Shown here: positions 19,151-26,096 of the stretch, one piece after another
Layout: every line of letters begins with the position of its first letter
Position numbering within the stretch: the first letter of the stretch is position 1
Virus record (IMG/VR): IMGVR_UViG_3300003323_000065
Span: 1 to 47,956 of that record
DNA length: 47,956 nucleotides
From: a virus
Reading direction: 5' to 3' (one strand)
The notes under the pieces: generated by a model
Told to the model about the DNA's origin: nothing
The model's input: the letters and a program-made list of their open reading frames with translations, nothing else
The model's database searches: none
Translations under genes and position numbers: made by a program

Positions 19151-19594
19151 CTACCCTGGCAGCTTTGCAATCAGGTCACGGATCACGTCGCCCATATCAT
19201 CCTTCGGCGCATCCTCTTCACGCTTAGCCCGCCACTCATCCTTACGGCGGTTCTTCAACCAGAAGATAGCAGCGGTCGGGCTAGGTGCAATCTTTGCGGT
19301 ATACGGAGCATAGACAGGCTTCTCAGCCCCGGCAGGCATGAATATCTTCACCTCTTCCTGCTCATACCCAATTGCCATCTGGAATAGGGACCGCTCAACC
19401 CGGTCATCTGCTACATCCTTACCAATCTTTAAGGACTGACAGAAATCCTCATGATCCAGCTTCCATCGGTGGATGGTCCGTTCAGACACCTCAAACACAT
19501 CCGCCAATTCCTTGTCGGTAAGGCCAGCCCTAGTCGCTGCGGCTGCGATCTTTGCATACTCTGGCTTATAGGAACTTGGCCTACCCGGTGGCAT
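19151..19594 (-). CDS. terminase small subunit (HTH)
   Basis: GRPSSYKPEYAKIAAAATRAGLTDKELADVFEVSERTIHRWK is typical of small terminase HTH; ATG at 19594 preferred over TTG at 19600. Confidence 0.75.
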   Translation of the reverse strand: MPPGRPSSYKPEYAKIAAAATRAGLTDKELADVFEVSERTIHRWKLDHEDFCQSLKIGKDVADDRVERSLFQMAIGYEQEEVKIFMPAGAEKPVYAPYTAKIAPSPTAAIFWLKNRRKDEWRAKREEDAPKDDMGDVIRDLIAKLPG

Positions 19595-19616
19595 TATCAA
19601 ACCTATTACTTATCTG

Positions 19617-19644
19617 TATATATAGATATTACACGATCTTCCAA
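19617..19644 (-). promoter_or_regulatory. sigma70-like promoter upstream of the terminase genes
   Basis: Minus strand TTGGAA-16 nt-TATATA in an AT-rich intergenic stretch. Confidence 0.4.
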
Positions 19645-19650
19645 TCAGGG

Positions 19651-19848
19651 TCATTCATCAGACGGAATGTGGCCTTCGCGCTTGCGTTTATCCTCAATGA
19701 ATTCTCTCATCTCAGATAGCAAGTATTGCTCATAATAGCTTCTGCGCACTTTACTAAGGCCCCACCACCATGCGATCCCAACAAGGCCTACTGCGATACC
19801 GCAAAAAGCAGCAACCACACACCAACCCAAGAAATTAATCATTTTCAA
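19651..19848 (-). CDS. small membrane protein
   Basis: One TM segment, INFLGWCVVAAFCGIAVGLVGIAWWWGL. Confidence 0.5.
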   Translation of the reverse strand: MKMINFLGWCVVAAFCGIAVGLVGIAWWWGLSKVRRSYYEQYLLSEMREFIEDKRKREGHIPSDE

Positions 19849-20023
19849 CTACCTTTTCAATCCTGCGAAGCGCCACCTCGATAGCATGACGGCACCGCTG
19901 CGCCTTCCCATCCTCAGTATCATGCGTCCGACCTTCCTTGCCTTCCTGATAGGCAATATCCCAATACAGGTCGATTAGGCCGCGCAGACAGTTTACTTCA
20001 GTGGCTACGGATTCCTTACTCAT
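19835..20023 (-). CDS. hypothetical protein
   Basis: 62-aa ORF, start overlaps the upstream stop. Confidence 0.5.
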   Translation of the reverse strand: MSKESVATEVNCLRGLIDLYWDIAYQEGKEGRTHDTEDGKAQRCRHAIEVALRRIEKVVEND

Positions 20024-20168
20024 CTACCTTCCTCTCCTCGAAGTGATACTGCCAGCGCTGATACTCTTCTTGCTCGGCCTGCTGCTTAGCCTGCTCGCCG
20101 TGCCAGCCGCGAATGTCTCCTCCATGCTGGCCCTCAGTCTCGTAGACCATCCTCATTGTCATATCCAT
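20016..20168 (-). CDS. hypothetical small protein (50 aa)
   Basis: Below ORF-track cutoff; MDMTMRMVYETEGQHGG...; GGGGAG SD; stop overlaps the next ATG. Confidence 0.4.
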   Translation of the reverse strand: MDMTMRMVYETEGQHGGDIRGWHGEQAKQQAEQEEYQRWQYHFEERKVDE

Positions 20169-20171
20169 ACC

Positions 20172-20345
20172 TCACTCCCCATCCAGTCCCAGTTCTTTAA
20201 TTAGGGCGTCTGCCTGAACTACAGCCCATCTGGCAATATCAACTTCCGTAGCGCCATCGGATGTGTAGTATTCATTTCCAAGCATCCCCTGCATCGCCTT
20301 CCCAGCCAACTCAGCCCTAAGCTTGATCTTGTCGCCGTCAGTCAT
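20172..20345 (-). CDS. hypothetical small protein (57 aa)
   Basis: MTDGDKIKLRAELAGKAM...; GGAGAG SD 5 nt upstream. Confidence 0.45.
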   Translation of the reverse strand: MTDGDKIKLRAELAGKAMQGMLGNEYYTSDGATEVDIARWAVVQADALIKELGLDGE

Positions 20346-20499
20346 CTTTTCTCTCCAATTCCTTTATGAAAGCATCAACCTTATCGCTGATGCTCTTCCT
20401 TAGACGCTTAATTTCATCCCAATCTAGAGGCATCACCGTCAAATGCCGGAACCTGGCATCTGCCTTCAGCGATTCCTCTACTACTTCAGTCATTGACAT
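20338..20499 (-). CDS. hypothetical small protein (53 aa)
   Basis: MSMTEVVEESLKADARF...; start overlaps the upstream gene end, stop overlaps the next start (ATGACTGA). Confidence 0.4.
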   Translation of the reverse strand: MSMTEVVEESLKADARFRHLTVMPLDWDEIKRLRKSISDKVDAFIKELERKDD

Positions 20500-20908
20500 T
20501 CTTCACCTCCTGGCGAGCGGCGATCATGCGGACATGGCGTAGAGGCCTAGCCGTGCTACTTGGGATGCAGTCGCAGTTGACGCCATCCTGCATGTAGTGA
20601 TGCCCGCATGCATCGCATACGTAGAAATCTACAGAATCCTGATCCACCGGAACCAGCACGTTGCCCTCCGGAGGGGAAAACTCCGCGATCACCGACAGAA
20701 TCCTGCCCTCGTCGTCCTGCCGAGTGACGGCCACGGCTTGCCCCGCCTCGTTACGGGTCACGACTACATGGCCCTCGGGCGGCGTGAGGGCAGCAATAAT
20801 TGCTGAAACCGCCTCTTCTACAAGAACACAACGCCCTTGATCCTCCAGCCAGTACCCGTCTACGTGGGAATCAAGAATCTGCCGTGCCCGCTTCTCGATG
20901 GCGTCCAT
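20486..20908 (-). CDS. hypothetical protein with Cys-rich C-terminus
   Basis: 140 aa; CDACGHH..CDC motif. Confidence 0.55.
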   Translation of the reverse strand: MDAIEKRARQILDSHVDGYWLEDQGRCVLVEEAVSAIIAALTPPEGHVVVTRNEAGQAVAVTRQDDEGRILSVIAEFSPPEGNVLVPVDQDSVDFYVCDACGHHYMQDGVNCDCIPSSTARPLRHVRMIAARQEVKNVND

Positions 20909-21228
20909 CAGCCCTTCTCCCCAGCGAGGTCGGCGCGGATGTACTTGACGACCTGGCCACCCCTCTCGGATGCGATCTTCCCCGCCTCGCCCTGCTCAAC
21001 CCATACCCCGGTGTGCGTGGTGAAGACGACCGCGAACAATTCCTCCGGCCCAACTGGCTCGGCGATGATGGCGTAGTCGCGTGTCCGCCAATCCCAGCGC
21101 GGATCGACGGCAACTGCCCACTCATGGTGGCCAGCGTTGGAATACGCCACCCTTCGCCCCTCAGCCGCAAGCCGCATGACCTCGGCCTTCCCAGCCGTAG
21201 TGCTGGTGTCGATCTGTTCGAGGTTCAT
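20908..21228 (-). CDS. hypothetical protein
   Basis: 106-aa ORF, coupled. Confidence 0.5.
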   Translation of the reverse strand: MNLEQIDTSTTAGKAEVMRLAAEGRRVAYSNAGHHEWAVAVDPRWDWRTRDYAIIAEPVGPEELFAVVFTTHTGVWVEQGEAGKIASERGGQVVKYIRADLAGEKG

Positions 21229-21509
21229 TCGATTACCTCGCGATAGCGGACTTGCGTAGATTTAGGCGTTGCACACTTCTTTGCATCTTCCCGAGTGAAG
21301 TAAAGCGCCGGGCCTAGGCTTCCATCAGGATACTTGTTCGCCCAAAATTCTTGCGGCTCCGGACGAACTCTATATTCTTCAACAGGCCTCAACCAATCCA
21401 CGTCAGCAAGGGTCTTCCATTTCCCAGTTTGTGTTTTAGCCTGGATAACTTTGCCATTAGCCAGAGCCTGCACCAGCGGCAGGTAGTCCTTAGCGTTGCT
21501 CGCATTCAT
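21225..21509 (-). CDS. hypothetical protein
   Basis: 94-aa ORF, coupled. Confidence 0.5.
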   Translation of the reverse strand: MNASNAKDYLPLVQALANGKVIQAKTQTGKWKTLADVDWLRPVEEYRVRPEPQEFWANKYPDGSLGPALYFTREDAKKCATPKSTQVRYREVIE

Positions 21510-21512
21510 TCC

Positions 21513-21722
21513 TCATTCCTCTCTCTGATTAGGAAGCATTGGCCTACACCAATGTGTAGCGCCGTTTATCACTTCGCACATGCAAACATATTCATCCTCA
21601 TCAACAGGATGAAATTTATCACCAATTCTGCATGCGATTTTCCACTCATCTCCATCTGAGATGATGCAAACCTCGCCATCTTCTGGCATTTCGCATCCAT
21701 CCTGAAGCTCTACCCAATTCAT
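21513..21722 (-). CDS. hypothetical protein (DUF551-like)
   Basis: MNWVELQDGCEMPEDGEVCII..; GAGGG SD before the ATG at 21722. Confidence 0.45.
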   Translation of the reverse strand: MNWVELQDGCEMPEDGEVCIISDGDEWKIACRIGDKFHPVDEDEYVCMCEVINGATHWCRPMLPNQREE

Positions 21723-21732
21723 CCCTAAACCC

Positions 21733-21930
21733 TCACCCGTACAGAGTGCCTCTCTGCTCTGTCTCAATCTTACCGAACCGATGTCCGCAGTGACATACAG
21801 GCTCTTGGAAAAGACTGTTCCATGCTTGGAACGGATCGGGATTGCTTACTGGGTGATCCGATTCTTCGTCACAAACCGGACAAATTAGTTCTATGAACGG
21901 ATACAGGGTATCCATCTTGATATGGCGCAT
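21733..21930 (-). CDS. small zinc-ribbon-like protein
   Basis: CPVC...CHCGH; TAATG coupling with the spanin stop. Confidence 0.5.
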   Translation of the reverse strand: MRHIKMDTLYPFIELICPVCDEESDHPVSNPDPFQAWNSLFQEPVCHCGHRFGKIETEQRGTLYG

Positions 21931-22478
21931 TACTCAGCCTTGGGAACCATGCACTTGCTGTATAGATCACGGGTAGCGGTCAGTTCGGATTGGAGCCAAA
22001 TCACCTGGGCATCGGCTTCTTCTGCGGCTCTAGCAATTCTGCCCGCACTCGCTGCCCGTAGTTCGGCGTAGTCATCCGATCCTTCGGAAGCTCCGGCAAC
22101 GGCTTGACCTTCACGTACTCGACTTGATTCACAACCCCGCCACTGCTGCTGCAACCGCTGATTACCGTTGCGAAGATCGCTGACAAGAGTAGTTTGCGCA
22201 TGGATAGCCGACTCCCGTCCGGCTGAATAGTTGCGTTCGGCCTCAGCCGACTTGGATTGATACTCGATTACAGCCGCTTGCGCCTTCTCTCGGGCGGTCG
22301 CTGCTGCCTGAGCCGCCTTGGCAGTTGCTGCAATCACCTTGTCACGGTATGCAGTAAAGGCGTCCTGAGTATTCCCAAGACGCCACGTCTGCACCCCAGC
22401 GGCTAGGAGGAACGCAGTAGCTAATGCCGCAAAGACAGTCGCACGCACGCCCCCTAGGGCTAGGATGATGGCGTTCAT
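21930..22478 (-). CDS. i-spanin (Rz-like)
   Basis: N-terminal TM segment (ILALGGVRATVFAALATAFLLAAG) then coiled-coil periplasmic domain; contains the embedded o-spanin. Confidence 0.8.
   Translation of the reverse strand: MNAIILALGGVRATVFAALATAFLLAAGVQTWRLGNTQDAFTAYRDKVIAATAKAAQAAATAREKAQAAVIEYQSKSAEAERNYSAGRESAIHAQTTLVSDLRNGNQRLQQQWRGCESSRVREGQAVAGASEGSDDYAELRAASAGRIARAAEEADAQVIWLQSELTATRDLYSKCMVPKAE
22001..22201 (-). CDS. o-spanin (Rz1-like lipoprotein) embedded in the i-spanin gene
   Basis: MRKLLLSAIFATVISGC lipobox, Pro-rich mature part, alternate frame wholly inside 21930..22478. Confidence 0.8.
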   Translation of the reverse strand: MRKLLLSAIFATVISGCSSSGGVVNQVEYVKVKPLPELPKDRMTTPNYGQRVRAELLEPQKKPMPR

Positions 22479-22594
22479 TAGCCTTCGCCAACCGCCGTAT
22501 TGCTAATCAGTCCGCCAATCACCTCGATGCAATCAGGAGTGTTCTGCGAACAGCCTTCAAAACCATTATCAATCCAACCGTTCTTATCGTTCAT
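22478..22594 (-). CDS. hypothetical micro-protein (38 aa)
   Basis: MNDKNGWIDNGFEGCSQNTPDCIEV..; AAGAGGG SD; TAATG coupling to the i-spanin start. Confidence 0.35.
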   Translation of the reverse strand: MNDKNGWIDNGFEGCSQNTPDCIEVIGGLISNTAVGEG

Positions 22595-22606
22595 CTCATT
22601 GCCCTC

Positions 22607-22924
22607 TTAGTCTACTTTCTTCACTTGCTTAACGCTGGTAGCAGCCGGAATTAGGCCAGTAGCCAGCAGGGAAACGCCTATCAGGCCATGCACAGCAGCC
22701 GGAATGGCGTCTAGCATACGATCAGGCAGCATTGCATAAAAAGCAACTACTGCCGCAAAGTTGATGCCTGCCAGGTGGGTAGACCAACGTTTGTACCAAC
22801 TTACCTTAACGGGCTGAACAGTGATCGGCGGGCCATCCGACTTCTTATCAGGCTCCAAGATGATCGGGTCATCGGAACCGGCGATGCGGGTAGGCTCAAG
22901 GATAATCGGATCATCACTCGGCAT
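22607..22924 (-). CDS. membrane protein, holin/antiholin candidate (2 TM)
   Basis: Tandem SDDPIILEP motif at the N-terminus, then two hydrophobic segments; lies in the lysis cassette. Confidence 0.5.
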   Translation of the reverse strand: MPSDDPIILEPTRIAGSDDPIILEPDKKSDGPPITVQPVKVSWYKRWSTHLAGINFAAVVAFYAMLPDRMLDAIPAAVHGLIGVSLLATGLIPAATSVKQVKKVD

Positions 22925-23288
22925 GGGATTTTTCCTTTTCTTTCAGTTTGGCGGAAGCTTCTTTCTCTACCTCTTCGCGCATCCATTGAGGCATACGTCC
23001 ATAGATAGAAGAAAGGTAGGTTTGAGAGCGGTCAGATTCGGCCTTACGCTCAGATAGGTCACTATCGTATCGGTTGAACTCGCGGCTCATCCATACAGCC
23101 CCCATCGCCATGCTTACTAGCATCATGCAGCAAAGGCATACACAAATCCAAACACCGACGCCTCCTGCGTTTACCTGGATTGAGCTAGTAGTATTTCCAG
23201 AATTCAGACTAAGCACTTTATCAGCCTTGTCTGTGAATCGATCAAGAGCCTCAATAAGCGCCCGCTGATCCCCCTTAGATTCGCTCAT
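22914..23288 (-). CDS. membrane protein, lysis-cassette component (1 TM)
   Basis: GGVGVWICVCLCCMMLVSMAMGAVWM TM segment, charged C-terminus. Confidence 0.5.
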   Translation of the reverse strand: MSESKGDQRALIEALDRFTDKADKVLSLNSGNTTSSIQVNAGGVGVWICVCLCCMMLVSMAMGAVWMSREFNRYDSDLSERKAESDRSQTYLSSIYGRMPQWMREEVEKEASAKLKEKEKSHAE

Positions 23289-23557
23289 GAGCGTTCACGC
23301 CTATATGGTTCCGAGAATACTGGCACTTCCATTTTAACAGCAATCCTATAAACAACATCGCGCAGAGCGTGGATTTCTCCCTTCAGCTCATTGATCGATG
23401 AAGCCTTCATATAGTCCTCAGACACCTTCAGCTTAAAGTCTGTGTGGGCCTTCCATAGCGCCCAAACCCAAGCAATTAGACCGCTAATACCCACACCCAT
23501 CAAGGATAGGATCGGACCAATATAAGCTTCCATTTTATTCTGCCACCATGTGTTCAT
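23285..23557 (-). CDS. holin candidate (1 TM)
   Basis: YIGPILSLMGVGISGLIAWVWALW TM segment, charged C-terminus, directly after the endolysin. Confidence 0.5.
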   Translation of the reverse strand: MNTWWQNKMEAYIGPILSLMGVGISGLIAWVWALWKAHTDFKLKVSEDYMKASSINELKGEIHALRDVVYRIAVKMEVPVFSEPYRRERS

Positions 23558-23623
23558 GGGGATAACCTCTTACTGCTGATTGCAGTTCAAGGCTACCCAA
23601 GTTGGCTGAACCTCGCGTGCAGG

Positions 23624-24301
23624 TCATCGGATCACCCACTGAGCGGCATACTTCTGAGTCCATGCCTTACGGTCGCTCAGGCCAATAGTTCCGCCGTTCA
23701 CAACCTTAGTAACAGCATCCACCGATCCGCGATCCGCAATCTCATTTAGGCCATTGACCCGCCAGAACCAAATGGCCGATGCCACTGCGCCGTCTGGCTG
23801 AGCTACACGATCAGGATTATCTAGCAGGCTTTCGTCGCCAAGCCATGCCCGACTGAAGCGGCGGTAGTTATCTCGGCCAGTAAGCTGCTTGATGCCGCGC
23901 CCACGGAAGCGCCAGCCATCGCCAGGCTGCGTGTTCCCGAGATTCTTACGGCCCCATTCGCCGCCATAAAGGATATTCGCCAGCGCATTTTGATGGGCAG
24001 GCTGATCTGCCAGCTTCCAGCCGGTGCGCTTTCTTACTTCAGCGTCAATACGGCCAAACTTCTTAGCATCAGCTTCACTAATCCGGTGACGCCCAAACGT
24101 CTTTAGGATCGCATCCGCCGAGTAGTTCAGACTTTCGACTACAGTCCGGAATCCGCCGCTCTCTACATGAACCTGCCCAAGGAACATGGACGCTCTCTTT
24201 ACGTTATCCATGATCCCAGCGGCCTTCATCTGCTTAACTAGCTCGTCCGCGTATTTAGCGGCGGCTGGGGCGATTCGGGCAATGGCTTGGGCGGTAATCA
24301 T
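23624..24301 (-). CDS. endolysin, glycoside hydrolase family 19 type
   Basis: FLGQVHVESGGF..NYSA..YGGEWGRKNLGNTQPGDGWRFRGRGIKQLTGRDNY..VNGG matches GH19 lysozyme motifs. Confidence 0.85.
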   Translation of the reverse strand: MITAQAIARIAPAAAKYADELVKQMKAAGIMDNVKRASMFLGQVHVESGGFRTVVESLNYSADAILKTFGRHRISEADAKKFGRIDAEVRKRTGWKLADQPAHQNALANILYGGEWGRKNLGNTQPGDGWRFRGRGIKQLTGRDNYRRFSRAWLGDESLLDNPDRVAQPDGAVASAIWFWRVNGLNEIADRGSVDAVTKVVNGGTIGLSDRKAWTQKYAAQWVIR

Positions 24302-24357
24302 AGAAAAGGGCTAGTCGGATTTACCGTATGGTAGTCCGCTAGCCCTGTCTATGCAAA

Positions 24358-24525
24358 TCATGCGTGGCTAGGCCAATTATCGTCCCTATAGTTCCTAGCC
24401 ATCTGTTCCTCAGTGGCCTTAACAGCCGCCGCAATAGCATCATCCTTACTCATTTGGCTGTAGTCTGCATTTACGATATTCATCCACTGCGTATCCCAAA
24501 GTCGAATTACCTTTTGATTCTCCAT
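24358..24525 (-). CDS. hypothetical small protein (55 aa)
   Basis: MENQKVIRLWDTQWMNIV...; GGGAGGG SD. Confidence 0.45.
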   Translation of the reverse strand: MENQKVIRLWDTQWMNIVNADYSQMSKDDAIAAAVKATEEQMARNYRDDNWPSHA

Positions 24526-24534
24526 AGTCCCTCC

Positions 24535-24681
24535 CTATCTAACCAACCGAGAATGGATAGGCGCAACCCGCTCCGCCTTCTCCTTTACCTGCCGCATCTG
24601 CTCAGACGTACCGTGCCATGCTCGCCAAGAGGACTTGCCTGGATTCTTAGCCCGCTGCATTGCTCGCTCTTGGTCAGTCAT
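24535..24681 (-). CDS. hypothetical small protein (48 aa)
   Basis: ATG at 24681 overlaps the upstream stop (ATGA); MTDQERAMQRAKNPGK... Confidence 0.45.
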   Translation of the reverse strand: MTDQERAMQRAKNPGKSSWRAWHGTSEQMRQVKEKAERVAPIHSRLVR

Positions 24682-24869
24682 GGGCGGCGCTCCAGCGAGT
24701 CTTTCCACGATCCATCCGGCACGCATGCGCGTTTGTAAGTGCCGCCGTAAGACCACACGCTGTCGCTACCCTGGATCAGGGGGCGCGTGGAATACCAAAA
24801 CCAAAAGCCGTTCGCGTCTTTAGCCAAGTAGTTGGCCCACTCCGGCGCATCCTTCCAATCCGGCTTCAT
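24678..24869 (-). CDS. hypothetical protein, paralog of 37884..38069
   Basis: MKPDWKDAPEWANY..W.WY..RP...RRP shared with the other copy; AGGAG SD. Confidence 0.6.
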   Translation of the reverse strand: MKPDWKDAPEWANYLAKDANGFWFWYSTRPLIQGSDSVWSYGGTYKRACVPDGSWKDSLERRP

Positions 24870-24910
24870 TTCATATCTCCTATTGGCACTTGGCCGTTGT
24901 GTGGGGAGCT

Positions 24911-24976
24911 AGATTAGTCTTGTGGCACTATTCAATCAACATCATGGATAGGACGCTACATCACCATTGATAGAAC
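24911..24976 (-). promoter_or_regulatory. conserved promoter/operator module, copy 2
   Basis: Minus strand GTTCTATC-14 nt-GTCCTATC-catgatg-TTGATT-17 nt-TAATCTAGC. Confidence 0.55.
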
Positions 24977-24992
24977 GCTGAATGATAGGCAT

Positions 24993-25029
24993 AAAAAAGG
25001 GCCGCTAGCGGGATGAGTTCTAGCGACCC
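24993..25029 (-). terminator. Rho-independent terminator ending the tRNA/ncRNA transcription unit
   Basis: Minus strand GGGTCGCTAG-11 nt loop-CTAGCGGCCC (10 bp, one G-U) followed by TTTTTT. Confidence 0.75.
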
Positions 25030-25145
25030 TTACGCAACAAGATGGGAGAGGACACCTTGCAGCGCTACCGGTGGAGAGGGACACCGGGCGGCGATTACTC
25101 AGCCAGCACCGTTAGTGTATCGCCCTAAATCCATCCGTCAATAGT
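25030..25145 (-). ncRNA. candidate small structured RNA with two CU-rich hairpin loops
   Basis: No ORF. Hairpins GGCGAT..ATCGCC and CCGGTG-UCCCUCUC-CACCGG. Near-identical 13-mers (11/13 as direct repeats; a 1-nt indel apart) GGTGTCCCTCTCC / GGTGTCCTCTCCC 29 nt apart, between the last tRNA-like gene and the terminator. Confidence 0.4.
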
Positions 25146-25221
25146 TGGAGGCGCTGGAGGGATTCGAACCCCCGTAATCCTCTACGGCTACTTGGGTAGA
25201 ATCCAAGACCGATACAGCGCC
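25146..25221 (-). tRNA. tRNA-like gene, non-canonical core; a hairpin presents UCU (Arg)
   Basis: Canonical acceptor GGCGCTG/CAGCGCC, T-arm GGGGG-TTCGAAT-CCCTC and CCA. The only good anticodon-like hairpin, CTTGG-ATTCTAC-CCAAG, sits 12 nt too early. Confidence 0.5.
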
Positions 25222-25225
25222 AAGA

Positions 25226-25301
25226 TGGTGGGCCCGCTCGGACTTGCACCGAGAACCAACGACTTATGAGGTACGCCGCTCTGCAATTGAGCTACAGGCC
25301 C
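25226..25301 (-). tRNA. tRNA-like gene with CAU anticodon (Met or Ile2 type), bulged anticodon stem and unusual T-loop
   Basis: GGGCCTG-TA-GCTC-AATTGCA-GAGC, loop CTCATAA, T-arm CTCGG-TGCAAGT-CCGAG, CGGGCCC-A-CCA. The anticodon stem needs one bulged U and G-U pairs. Confidence 0.6.
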
Positions 25302-25306
25302 TGTTA

Positions 25307-25765
25307 CTATTTTACATAACTCCCTCTATTCCTTCCCGAATTTGTTGGCGTCTGAGAGTGGCAGTTTGCGCAAAGTATCCTTAGATTTTCAATAACATTA
25401 TTGAATCTGTCACCGTCGATATGATCCAACTCCAAAGGAGCTGCCTTTCCCATCCACTTAACTATTCCACATATCTCACACTTCCTTTCTTTAATTCCCT
25501 CATTGAATAGCTTTTTCTTTAAGTTGCTAGTTTGAATGCAACTTCCATAGAAAAGGTATTCATATGCACTCTTGTTTGGTCTAGGCAATCCCTTTCTTGG
25601 CTGATTTCCAGTGTATTGGATTCCCGCCCTTTTAAAATATCTTTTTAATGTGTCATATCTACATCTGAGAATTACACAGATTTGAGCCATAGACTTATTT
25701 GAAGAAATCATTTCAAGGATTTCTTCTTTTCTATCATCAATGTCTCTCCTCAATCCAATCTCCAA
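25307..25765 (-). CDS. HNH endonuclease inserted in the tRNA cluster
   Basis: LELDHIDGDRFNNVIENLRILCANCH classic HNH; AT-rich; flanked by tRNA genes on both sides. Confidence 0.85.
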   Translation of the reverse strand: MEIGLRRDIDDRKEEILEMISSNKSMAQICVILRCRYDTLKRYFKRAGIQYTGNQPRKGLPRPNKSAYEYLFYGSCIQTSNLKKKLFNEGIKERKCEICGIVKWMGKAAPLELDHIDGDRFNNVIENLRILCANCHSQTPTNSGRNRGSYVK

Positions 25766-25781
25766 TTAAATTACAAATTCA

Positions 25782-25863
25782 TGCCCCGTAACCGACTCGA
25801 ACGGTTACTGCCTAAGCAAGCGAATTTTAAGTTCGCCGTGTCTACCTATTCCACCAACGGGGC
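25782..25863 (-). tRNA. tRNA-Leu (anticodon TAA), type II
   Basis: GCCCCGT..GCGAA-CTTAAAA-TTCGC-long variable arm-AACCG-TTCGAGT-CGGTT-ACGGGGC-A; CCA not encoded. Confidence 0.85.
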
Positions 25864-25868
25864 TAACC

Positions 25869-25944
25869 TGGTGCCGACTATCCGAATCGAACGGATGACC
25901 TGATTTTTACAAGAAATCTGCTCTACCAACTGAGCTAAATCGGC
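25869..25944 (-). tRNA. tRNA-Thr (anticodon TGT)
   Basis: GCCGATT-TA-GCTC-AGTTGGTA-GAGC-A-GATTT-CTTGTAA-AAATC-AGGTC-ATCCG-TTCGATT-CGGAT-AGTCGGC-A-CCA. Confidence 0.9.
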
Positions 25945-25948
25945 AATG

Positions 25949-26023
25949 TGGAGCGCCGGACGGGACTCGAACCCGCTTCCTCGCGTTGGAAGCGCGAGAC
26001 TCTAACCCATGAGCTACCTGCGC
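25949..26023 (-). tRNA. tRNA-Gly (anticodon TCC)
   Basis: GCGCAGG-TA-GCTC..GAGT-C-TCGCG-CTTCCAA-CGCGA..GCGGG-TTCGAGT-CCCGT-CCGGCGC-T-CCA; one A-G mismatch in the acceptor stem. Confidence 0.8.
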
Positions 26024-26096
26024 AAAACTATGCCGGTTACATCCATCCGGCTGCTCGTTGGATTGGCGACCTGCGTACACAGGTGAGCATGATTTC

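Noticed and set aside
26024-26096. 73-nt spacer between tRNA-Gly and tRNA-Ser as a possible seventh tRNA
   Set aside because: It has two hairpins (GCCGG-10 nt-CCGGC; ACCTG-6 nt-CAGGT) but no T-loop consensus, no 7-nt anticodon loop and only a partial acceptor pairing. It is possibly a decayed tRNA or a processing spacer.
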